DNA from: Azolla caroliniana
Taxonomy: Eukaryota > Plantae > Polypodiophyta
Direction: 5' to 3'
Length of the DNA: 64,000 nt
Assembly: GCA_043228905.1 (NCBI GenBank)
Contig: JBHGNT010000010.1
Location: 1,116,001-1,180,000 of the forward strand
The position numbers and the translations under genes are program-made. The notes beneath the pieces are model-generated. The model was not told where the DNA came from, made no database searches, and saw nothing but the letters and a program-made list of their open reading frames with translations. Positions 1 through 8,479 of the stretch are shown here, one piece after another; the first letter of the stretch is position 1, and each line of letters starts with the position of its first letter.

Positions 1-736
1 GGGGGCGGACAAGGTCCTATTGTTCGTCAGGTCGATCGACCGAGCGGAACGCGAAGCCATCGGGATTGAGCTCGAAGACGATGATGGAGCGAATGGTCTT
101 ACGGAGGACTGGTCGAAGGTCGGAAGGGTGTGCCAACGGCTAGACAACGAGCGAGCCGAGAAGGCTAAGAGGAAGGTATGCAACGACATGCCATCACAGC
201 GGGAAGAGGCCGAACGGCAGAGAGAGTCGGCAAGGGTCGGCGTTGGGGCCAGGACTGCGGAGGCGTACGCAGCTCTCAAGGCGATGCTCGAGGAAGAGGA
301 AAGACGGAGGCCGCAAGCCGAGACTGAGAAGACGGACTTGCCCCACGCGATGGCGGAAGATCGGTACGACGGTACGACGGGAGAGGGTGCGGAACGAAAC
401 GCCCTCTCGACTTGTGGAGATAGAACGGCCAAGGACGAGGCCGAGATACAGATCGCGGAACCGGAATGTTGGGTCCAGCGGTTTCGGGCATGTCAGCCCG
501 AGATCCCGGTCATTGGAGAAGCAAGCCCAGACGGGGCTTGCGCGATCGGTAAGAAGACGACCGCCGACCACGAAGAGTCGGTGGCTACGGACAAGGGCGT
601 AAAACGGACGGGCGATTCTTTGTGTCTTCCCACACTTACTCCCGAGACGATGGCAGTCGGGCCCGAGTGCCCACGTGAGTCCCATGCGGAGGAAGACGGC
701 GGAGAAGGGCCAAAAATTACCGGCGAGACGATACGG

Positions 737-1535
737 TGTCGGGATATTACGCAAGTGCGTGTGGAATAGAGGCGGGACCGCGGGGGTCTCGAACCAAAGA
801 GCAAGCGAGGGAGGAGAAAGAGAGAGAACCGGCTACGCAGGACCGGGGATACACAGGGACACGGCCCTTCAGCACGGAGAACGCGAACAGACACCGACAC
901 AGACAGATGCGAATGACTAAATATGTGTATTAACAAAATGGCTAACACGACTACAACCCTCGATGGGGCACAGGTTGGTTGCAACCGAACAGGCCGGCGA
1001 ACAGATGCCGATGCCTGTTCGCTTCGACGCACAAACGGGGGAATGGGGGGGGGTAGCAGGTCGGAGGTGCTGCCGGAAGCACTCGGGCGTTCCTCGAAAC
1101 AGCGCGAGCCTCCTCGGAACCCTGCACAGAAAGCTATGGAGCTCAAGAAGGAAGGAAACAGAGAGAGCGAAGCGTCCAGAAACGGTCCGACAGCACTTCG
1201 TCCTCTCCGCGCGAGATCCCCCAACAGCTGTTTCCCGCTCCTTATATATATTGACGAGCAGGCCGTCGTGTCAGCTTTTATTCCCTGTCCCTTTTGGACA
1301 GGGATCCGCTCCGTTTTTCACGCATCCGCGTAGTTACGCCGCCGACTCGTACAGTTCGCGCGCGCGACCGAAAAGACTGTTCGCGCGGTCTTTGTCTCCA
1401 CTTGAGTTAGGGCCCGTTCCTGCCGATTATCCTCCTAATTCGCTTCTATGTACAACTTGGAGCGTGCGCGCGTGAAGAACCGGTTCCCACGCCTTGGTGC
1501 GCCGATTCCGCCTATGGACGGTTTTCTTCACGACA
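737..1535 (-). repeat. 3' LTR of A1 (799 bp)
   Basis: Near-identical to 7257-8224 apart from a 169-bp insert in that LTR; adjacent to PPT. Confidence 0.95.
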
Positions 1536-1550
1536 TCCGCCCCCACCTAA
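1536..1550 (-). other. Polypurine tract of A1 (TTAGGTGGGGGCGGA)
   Basis: Abuts the 3' LTR; same or near-identical motif at 10550, 17781 and 50233. Confidence 0.9.
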
Positions 1551-1606
1551 CCGCGCATCCTCCGGTATGCGCCAAGAGAGTTGGAACGGAGAAAACCGGC
1601 CCGTCT

Positions 1607-4600
1607 TCATTCCTCGCCCGTCGGTTGTTCCTCGTTTTCGGATCGTTCGTCACTGCTGTCTAGGAGAGCCGGGTCCGGCTTGTCGTCATGTCGCTTCTTG
1701 AACGCTTTGATCCGCTTCCCTGCAACCGGTATCGCCGCTCTCGTGCCGTCAAGTTCCGCCAGGTGATATGTCCCGTTGTCATTGGCGCTCCGTACCACGT
1801 AAGGCCCGAACCACCTTCGTGCGAACTTCCGTGTGGCTCGGTGCTGGTTGTCGAGGCTGCTGTCGTAGACGAGCACCCAGTCACCTTCTTCGATTTTCTT
1901 CGGTCGGAGCCGGTGCGTTCGGTCGAACCTGGCTTTGTTCCTTTTCCTCGCCACCCGGAGCTTCTCCGCAGCCAGTTCCACGTCCTCCGGTCTCCGCTCG
2001 AGTTGTCGTATACGCGCGGCCAACAACTCCTCCCGGCTCATCTCGTCCCTCCAGTCGACCGTTGCCCACGAGGAGATCGTCCGTTCCATCGGCATGATCG
2101 GCTTCTGGCCGAACATGAGCTCCGTCGGCATGTACCCGGTTACCGAACTGTGCGTGGTCCGGTCTGCCCACAAGGCATAAGGTAGCAGCCGCGGCCAGTC
2201 ACCGACTCGGCCTCCGCATGCCCGGACCAACGCCTTGACGATCGGCCCGTGTCCGCGCTCCACCTTTCCATTCGCCTCGGGATTGTACGCGGTGGTGAGC
2301 GAGAGCTTGACTCCCAGCCGGTCGAACAGCTCCGCGGCTTCTTCGGCGTCCAACTCCCCTCGGTCAGCCACGATCTTCCCGACGCACCCGTACCGGCATA
2401 TCACGTCCTCGATTAGGAACCGGCATACGGCCGCGGTCGTTTTGTTCGGAAGGGCCCGGCCTTCCACCTGGTTCGTTAGATCCTCCCGCGCTAGGACCAG
2501 GTACCGCATCTGTCCTACCCCCATTGGCATCGTCACCAGATCTACCATCCATTTGAAGTGGATGGTCGGAGGGTACGTGGGGTGAAGCTCGTCCCGATGT
2601 CGGACTATGGAGTGCATCTGACAGCTCTCGCAAGTTGTCACGAACCGATGCACGTCCCGGTACTGCCCCGGCCACCAATACTTCCCCTTCAGTTTCTCAA
2701 ACGTAGCCCATGTTCCACGGTGTCCAGCCCAAGGGCTGTCGTGGTAGGCCGTCAGCAGCTCCTCCTGTTCTTCCTTCGTCGCCACCACCCGGAGCGGAGC
2801 GCCGTCCCTCTTCTTCGGGTGCTTCCATAGATAGCCGTCCCGGAGAAAGAACCGGTACGCTTTCTTCCGGATCCGGTTGGCCTCGTCCTTCGTCCATGAC
2901 GCATCGGGCGTCATTGTCTTCAAAAACCCACCGATCTGCAGCCACTCCCCGTCGTACTTGCTCGCGTCGAAGTCGTTAAGCGCCGGAGTGCTTGTTCCGT
3001 CGGTTGTTACATACGCAGTCTCGAAGAAGTCCACGCCGACCTCTTCGTCCTCCGAAACCATGCCGCCCTCGTCATCGAATCTCGCCCTTGAAAGCATGTC
3101 GGCCATGGCGTTGTCTTTCCCGGAAATGTGTCGTATTTCCGGGTCCAGGGACTTGATGTACGCTATCCACCTGAGCATTGCTAGGTCCGGCGTCGCGCAT
3201 CCGGAAATCATGCCGAGAATCGGCATGCAATCCGTCTCTATGATTACCTCTGTCCCGATTAGATAGTCCTTGTCGGCCTTCACCGCCGAAACGATACCCC
3301 AGAGTTCGCGTTTAACCTGGGCGTATCCTCGCTGCCGTTCGCTGAGGACCTTCGCGCCGAATCGGATCGGAAACCGATTGCCGTCCTCGTCTTCTTGGTT
3401 GACGACCCACCCGATTCCGGTCGGACTCGTGTCAACCGTTATGTACACTGGGGTGCCCTTCCTGTAGACGGCCTTTCGGAGCGCCGGTGCTGCCGAAAGA
3501 GCCTCCTTCAGCTTCCGGACCGACTCCGTGTGCTTGTCTAGCCATTCGAATCTTCGCCCTTTCCTCAATAATCCGTATAGCGGCTCCGCAACGTGGGCGT
3601 AATGCGGGATCCATATGTGGTAGAATGCGCATGCCCCCAGGAATCTTCGTACTTCCGTGACCGAGCTGCAGTCGGGCTTCATCGCGGAGATGGCTTCTAC
3701 CTTTGCCGGAGACGGTTTCCGGCCATATGGCCCACATAAGTGTCCGACCACCATGATTTCCGACTGCCCGAAGGCTGATTTCTCCCCCGAGAAGGTGAGC
3801 CTCGCATCCTCTAGCCTTCGTAGCACCTTCTCGCAGTCGTCGATGTGCGTTACCACGAATCGCCGGCATCCGTCCGGCCCGATCGTCTCGTCCTTCTCTT
3901 CTACCGGGCATCCCTTGATCGGGATGTCGTCTAGAAACGGCATGGTGATGTCCGGGATGCAGTCCCTCAGCACCTTGTTCATCGCATTCACCATGTGGGC
4001 CACCGAGTTGGTCCCTCCTTGCGGCAGCGTACACATCCGCACTAGGCCGAGGGGAGTTCGCATCGTCGTAATGTCTCTGCTCTCCACGGCTAGCTGGAAC
4101 TGGTCATACCCTGAGTATAGATCACCGACCGAGTAAATCGACCTTCCGGCGAAGGCCTCCGCGAACTCGTCTATGGTCGGTCCGATCCCCGCGTTCCGAA
4201 TGGTCACTCTATTGACCGGCTGCAGGTCCTGAATGAAGCGCAATGATCCGTTTTTCTTTGGTACGGTAAACCAGCGGTTTGAATACGGGGCGCTCGACGG
4301 CTCGAGAATGCCCATATCAACTTTCTGCTTCAACAGCTCCATCAACTTCGGGATGTGAGCTCTCGGAACCGAAATTGGCTTGAGATTCCACGGTACATGC
4401 GGTACCGTGAATATCACCATCGGCTCTACGATCGTCGGGTCTACGCACCCGATTTCCTCCGGTGAGAATGCGAAGGCTTTCCCGTGCCTTCCGAGCATCC
4501 TCCGAAATCGGTCTTCCTCCGCCGGTAGTAGGAACCCGCCCCCACCGATCTTCAGCTCGCGGAGCGTCTCGTTGGTGAAGGTGTGTCCTATGCAGGCCGG

Positions 4601-5089
4601 ATCCCGTAAGCTGGGGTCCGACGCAACCCCTTTGATTCGGGATTCGCTGCCCTCCGGTAAGGGCGCCGCAACCGGCCTCACCTTCCGGTCCACAGTCTTG
4701 TACTTGGTGCCAACTCGGGCCGTCCGTTCCGACTCGAACCCTCGACCGAAGTCCGCGATGACTTCGTACATTTCTTCTGAACATACCGGTATCGTCCGGT
4801 CTTCGTCAAGGTCTTCTTCGACTACCTTCCCCAGCATTCCCAAGGTGTCGTCGAAGGAGACTGCCTCCACGGCTCCGTTGATTTCTTCGTCAGGGCCGAG
4901 AACTCCGCACGCTCGAAGTCTCCCCTCCGTCTTTGTTTTCTCTCGGCCGGCGATGCCGACCATCGCACATGCTCCGCTGCCGGAGAAGCAAAATTTCCTA
5001 CCTATTGTACACGGTTTTATCGTACAGATGTGGGGTCTTCCCGGAGCATCCGGACTGTCGCGGCCCCACGCCTTGGCAGTCCTCTCTAA
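1607..5089 (-). CDS. pol: A1 Pol (RT-RNase H-integrase), probably entered by -1 frameshift; first Met at 4963
   Basis: 1118-aa ORF with frame open back to 5089. RT motifs DLYSGYDQ, LPQGGTNS, PFLDDI; RNase H VDTS...ADMLSR; integrase HDSPWAGH...CESC and D(LV)...D(RGE)...E(RGH). No chromodomain seen. Confidence 0.93.
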   Translation of the reverse strand, partial: LERTAKAWGRDSPDAPGRPHICTIKPCTIGRKFCFSGSGACAMVGIAGREKTKTEGRLRACGVLGPDEEINGAVEAVSFDDTLGMLGKVVEEDLDEDRTIPVCSEEMYEVIADFGRGFESERTARVGTKYKTVDRKVRPVAAPLPEGSESRIKGVASDPSLRDPACIGHTFTNETLRELKIGGGGFLLPAEEDRFRRMLGRHGKAFAFSPEEIGCVDPTIVEPMVIFTVPHVPWNLKPISVPRAHIPKLMELLKQKVDMGILEPSSAPYSNRWFTVPKKNGSLRFIQDLQPVNRVTIRNAGIGPTIDEFAEAFAGRSIYSVGDLYSGYDQFQLAVESRDITTMRTPLGLVRMCTLPQGGTNSVAHMVNAMNKVLRDCIPDITMPFLDDIPIKGCPVEEKDETIGPDGCRRFVVTHIDDCEKVLRRLEDARLTFSGEKSAFGQSEIMVVGHLCGPYGRKPSPAKVEAISAMKPDCSSVTEVRRFLGACAFYHIWIPHYAHVAEPLYGLLRKGRRFEWLDKHTESVRKLKEALSAAPALRKAVYRKGTPVYITVDTSPTGIGWVVNQEDEDGNRFPIRFGAKVLSERQRGYAQVKRELWGIVSAVKADKDYLIGTEVIIETDCMPILGMISGCATPDLAMLRWIAYIKSLDPEIRHISGKDNAMADMLSRARFDDEGGMVSEDEEVGVDFFETAYVTTDGTSTPALNDFDASKYDGEWLQIGGFLKTMTPDASWTKDEANRIRKKAYRFFLRDGYLWKHPKKRDGAPLRVVATKEEQEELLTAYHDSPWAGHRGTWATFEKLKGKYWWPGQYRDVHRFVTTCESCQMHSIVRHRDELHPTYPPTIHFKWMVDLVTMPMGVGQMRYLVLAREDLTNQVEGRALPNKTTAAVCRFLIEDVICRYGCVGKIVADRGELDAEEAAELFDRLGVKLSLTTAYNPEANGKVERGHGPIVKALVRACGGRVGDWPRLLPYALWADRTTHSSVTGYMPTELMFGQKPIMPMERTISSWATVDWRDEMSREELLAARIRQLERRPEDVELAAEKLRVARKRNKARFDRTHRLRPKKIEEGDWVLVYDSSLDNQHRATRKFARRWFGPYVVRSANDNGTYHLAELDGTRAAIPVAGKRIKAFKKRHDDKPDPALLDSSDERSENEEQPTGEE

Positions 5090-5095
5090 AAATCC
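5030..5095 (-). promoter_or_regulatory. Candidate -1 programmed ribosomal frameshift signal (slippery G GAU UUU plus H-type pseudoknot)
   Basis: Heptamer 5095-5089 directly before the Gag-PR stop; pol is in the -1 frame; 6-nt spacer; stem1 GGACTG/CAGTCC; stem2 GTGGGG/CCCCAC; both stems retained in A2. Confidence 0.75.
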
Positions 5096-7212
5096 TCTCG
5101 GTTTTCGGAACCGAGGGAGTCGCGGTTACGTTCGTGGTTCGGCCGTACCGTCAGAAACTGGACCGAATGGCGCCCGTCTTGGCTTTTGACCCTTGCGTAG
5201 GCCGAACCATTGTCCAGCACCTTGGTCTCCATTCGCGCCGCCGTGATGTACGGCTCTCCCAGTATGACCGGATGCGAAGACGTCTCCTGCACAAAGAAGT
5301 GCTGGTCAATCTCGACGTCGCCGATCTTGACTCTCACATTCGGACAGGCCCCGTGCAGTTCCTCGGTGGCGCGCGTCGCTGCCCTTATTTTCCACCCGTG
5401 CTTGGTGTTGATCGGCCATTTGCCCTTCTTATAGAAGTCCATGGACATCAAATTGATCTCCGATCCGTGGTCCACCAAAGCTATCACCGGTTCCTGGACA
5501 TCGCCGATCTTCACCGGGGTTTCCGTGGTCGCTCGGGCCCAGTGCGGTCTCGAATAGTGGCTTTCCGCCCACTCGTCTCCCAGCGCCATGTCGTCTAGGT
5601 GCGTCGTCCGCACTTCCACCGGTCTTTCCGGTTCTGTCTCCGTTGACAGCCTCTTCCGTTTCACCAAGTCCACGATGGAGTCGTGGAACTCCTTCTTGGC
5701 GATTCCCAGCACCTCCCGTAGCGACAGCTCCACCTTGCTGTCGAGGATCCGTTCCTCCAGGACCTTTCGTAAGTCCGTGGTTCTTTCTATCTTCGTCCCC
5801 AGACGGTACCCGCCCTTCTGGGGTTTATCTTGCGTACCGGCCCCGCCGGCTTCGTCCCGTCGTGGTCCGGACCGGGTCTCGTATCGTTGTGAGGGCCCGG
5901 TCGTCCCGGGTTTCCCCACCCGCTTCTCTTCTACCAGAGCCTCGTAGTTCCTGCAAGCGGCTTCCACGAAGCCCGTCTTTTCCTCGACCGGGTCGCTCCA
6001 CCCGGTCATCTCCCGTACCCGTTTCTCCGCACGGTCCGATTCCTCCCTTCTAAGCCCTGCACCGGCAAGGCCTTCCAGCATCGTCGGCCAGAATCCGGCT
6101 TTGCTTTCCTTTCGGGCCTCGCCGCCCCCGACTCGAATGCCGGCCGACGCCGAGTAGTGGGCGGTTTCCGCGTGTCGGGCCGCCGCCTCTTCCATCAACC
6201 TTTTCATACCACCTCTTCCGTCGTTTCGGCTCAGGGCCCTTCGGGTGTCGCTGGCATGCACCCGTCCTTCCCACAGGTACACCACCCTGTCCCTCAGCGC
6301 CTCCGCGAAGTCGCCGCAGTCCTTCCGAATGTGGCCGACTTCATCGCACCACATGCACCTGTTTCCTGCCGCCGGCCGTCGGTCACGAGCCGGTTCGCCT
6401 CCTTCCCTTCGGGCCTGCGCGATTTGGAGGTCCTTTATCGCCTTCGTCAATTCCTCCAGCGCCGCTCCTCCGGTTGAGCCTCTGACTACGCCGGTCGAAG
6501 CCGAACCGGTTTCCAACCACTCCCGGGTCTCTTCCTTGCGCACCTGTGGCGCTGGTTCGAGCTTCCTTGCTGCGACCGAGCCCGACCCGGTCGCCCCGTT
6601 ATCCGCCCATTCTCGCCGTTTGTCGAAACGGCCACAGACCTTCCTGACAGCCGCCCAGTCGGTAGTGAGCCCGTCTTCGGTTTCCAGCAAGAGGCCCACT
6701 TGCTCCCGATCCCGCTCGTCGACCGACTTGACAAACAGCAAGACCCGGCTCGTGTCCAGGATGGTTCGGTCGAGCGCCGAAAGGCGCGCAAAGTTTTCCT
6801 CGAACTCCCGGAGGAGCGCCGACGCGTTTCTTCCCTTCCCCGGGGACTCCACCCATTCCATGAACCTTCGCTTCGAAAGCCGGAGCGCGTCGTCCAGCCC
6901 GTATTTCTCTAGGAGCCGACCTTCGAACTGCTCCCAGGTACGGCTCTCCGTCCGCACCTCGAGCACCTCCGCATGGATGCTCGGCATCGCCACTCGGGGA
7001 AATCCGGCAAGACGCCTTTCTTCCGGAATGTCCCGCATCAGCATCTCTGCACCGTAGGACGCCAAATACTTCGTGGCATCCTTCCCATCGAACCGGCCGA
7101 TCGTGCCGACGACCGCCTCAATAGCTCTGTCGAGGGCACCGGTGCTCTCGCGCGCGTTTACAATCCGATCCACGGCCGAAGCCATGGCCTCTGCGAGATC
7201 CGACCCCCTCAT
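5086..7212 (-). CDS. gag: A1 Gag-protease polyprotein
   Basis: Open ORF with first ATG at 7212, CCHC knuckle CMWCDEVGHIRKDC and aspartic protease ALVDHGSEINLM...VILGEPY. Confidence 0.92.
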   Translation of the reverse strand: MRGSDLAEAMASAVDRIVNARESTGALDRAIEAVVGTIGRFDGKDATKYLASYGAEMLMRDIPEERRLAGFPRVAMPSIHAEVLEVRTESRTWEQFEGRLLEKYGLDDALRLSKRRFMEWVESPGKGRNASALLREFEENFARLSALDRTILDTSRVLLFVKSVDERDREQVGLLLETEDGLTTDWAAVRKVCGRFDKRREWADNGATGSGSVAARKLEPAPQVRKEETREWLETGSASTGVVRGSTGGAALEELTKAIKDLQIAQARREGGEPARDRRPAAGNRCMWCDEVGHIRKDCGDFAEALRDRVVYLWEGRVHASDTRRALSRNDGRGGMKRLMEEAAARHAETAHYSASAGIRVGGGEARKESKAGFWPTMLEGLAGAGLRREESDRAEKRVREMTGWSDPVEEKTGFVEAACRNYEALVEEKRVGKPGTTGPSQRYETRSGPRRDEAGGAGTQDKPQKGGYRLGTKIERTTDLRKVLEERILDSKVELSLREVLGIAKKEFHDSIVDLVKRKRLSTETEPERPVEVRTTHLDDMALGDEWAESHYSRPHWARATTETPVKIGDVQEPVIALVDHGSEINLMSMDFYKKGKWPINTKHGWKIRAATRATEELHGACPNVRVKIGDVEIDQHFFVQETSSHPVILGEPYITAARMETKVLDNGSAYARVKSQDGRHSVQFLTVRPNHERNRDSLGSENREDF

Positions 7213-7234
7213 CCTCTGCTCTTCTGCCGCCTCT

Positions 7235-7252
7235 TTCACGTCGGGTTCACCA
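7235..7252 (-). other. Primer-binding site complementary to the tRNA-Trp 3' end
   Basis: TGGTGAACCCGACGTGAA, 4 nt from the 5' LTR; complement of the recalled plant tRNA-Trp 3' end TTCACGTCGGGTTCACCA (18 nt). Confidence 0.88.
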
Positions 7253-7256
7253 AAGA

Positions 7257-8224
7257 TGTCGGGATATTACGCAAGTGCGTGTGGAATAGAGGCGGGACCG
7301 CGGGGGTCTCGAACCAAAGAGCAAGCGAGGGAGGAGAAAGAGAGAGAACCGGCTATGCAGGACCGGGGATACACAGTTACAGGAATTCGAGTTTGAAATA
7401 TTCCACCGACCTGGTATACAGCATACCGTGGCGGATTACTTAAGCCGATTAGAGTCCGGAGAGACGGGTGACGGAGTAGCGGATGAGTTTCCGGATGCGG
7501 AGCTGTTTCGCATCACTACGAAGACGACAACAGATGAGACACAAGGGACACGGCCCTTCAGCACGGAGAACGCGAACAGACACCGACACAGACAGATGCG
7601 AATGACTAAATATGTGTATTAACAAAATGGCTAACACGACTACAACCCTCGATGGGGCACAGGTTGGTTGCAACCGAACAGGCCGGCGAACAGATGCCGA
7701 TGCCTGTTCGCTTCGACGCACAAACGGGGGAATGGGGGGGGGTAGCAGGTCGGAGGTGCTGCCGGAAGCACTCGGGCGTTCCTCGAAACAGCGCGAGCCT
7801 CCTCGGAACCCTGCACAGAAAGCTATGGAGCTCAAGAAGGAAGGAAACAGAGAGAGCGAAGCGTCCAGAAACGGTCCGACAGCACTTCGTCCTCTCCGCG
7901 CGAGATCCCCCAACAGCTGTTTCCCGCTCCTTATATATATTGACGAGCAGGCCGTCGTGTCAGCTTTTATTCCCTGTCCCTTTTGGACAGGGATCCGCTC
8001 CGTTTTTCACGCATCCGCGTAGTTACGCCGCCGACTCGTACAGTTCGCGCGCGCGACCGAAAAGACTGTTCGCGCGGTCTTTGTCTCCACTTGAGTTAGG
8101 GCCCGTTCCTGCCGATTATCCTCCTAATTCGCTTCTATGTACAACTTGGAGCGTGCGCGCGTGAAGAACCGGTTCCCACGCCTTGGTGCGCCGATTCCGC
8201 CTATGGACGGTTTTCTTCACGACA
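7257..8224 (-). repeat. 5' LTR of A1 (968 bp, includes 169-bp foreign insert 7377-7545)
   Basis: Matches 737-1535; the offset between the LTRs changes from 6520 to 6689 across the insert; TATA-like TATATATAA near 7931-7939 (minus strand). Confidence 0.95.
7377..7545 (+). other. Captured fragment of another gypsy family's RNase H/linker region
   Basis: Translates LQEFEFEIFHRPGIQHTVADYLSRLESGETGDGVADEFPDAELF; absent from the other LTR; unlike A1's own RNase H end (IKSLDPEIRHISGKDNAMADMLSR). Confidence 0.88.
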
Positions 8225-8479
8225 ACGGGAAAGGAGCGGACGAAAGCTCACGGACCCAATTCCGGAGAACTCGGCATTCGGGCCCGTATGCCCATGTAAG
8301 ACCGAGGAGATGGATGGCGGTACCGAGGAGTCCTGGCACTATGCCAGCGAAGAAGGATGGGAAACGGCCTGCGAGGAGGCCAAGGAAGGAAGCGGCACGA
8401 GAAGATCGGCATTCCAATTCGTATGGAGCAGAATCCGGTCGTGGATCGTTCGATCGGGGCCGGATTCGGCATGAAGGTG

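Larger units (their letters stand above)
737..8224 (-). mobile_element. Full-length, apparently intact autonomous Ty3/gypsy LTR retrotransposon (A1)
   Basis: LTRs 737-1535 and 7257-8224 (TGTCG...CGACA). 4-bp TSD ACGG (733-736, 8225-8228), confirmed against the empty site in the paralogue near 15631-15660. PBS, PPT and uninterrupted gag-pro and pol ORFs in gypsy order (PR-RT-RH-IN). Confidence 0.97.
2..8474 (+). pseudogene. Family B Gag-capsid-like ORF, split by the A1 insertion (coding parts 2-736 and 8229-8474)
   Basis: DKVLLFVRSIDRAEREAIGIELEDDDGANGLTEDWSKVGRVC aligns with A1 Gag SRVLLFVKSVDERDREQVGLLLETEDGLTTDWAAVRKVC. Removing A1 and one TSD restores the frame to a TGA at 8472-8474, the same stop as in copy 2 (15887). 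Confidence 0.75.

Noticed and set aside
493-1475. ORFs of 136-243 aa duplicated at 7449-8164
   Set aside because: Identity only reflects LTR duplication; no coding signal.
4380-7057. Long + strand ORFs (269 and 270 aa) opposite A1 gag/pol, and similar ones in A2, B and CHS
   Set aside because: Antisense shadows of GC-rich coding sequence with no recognisable motifs.
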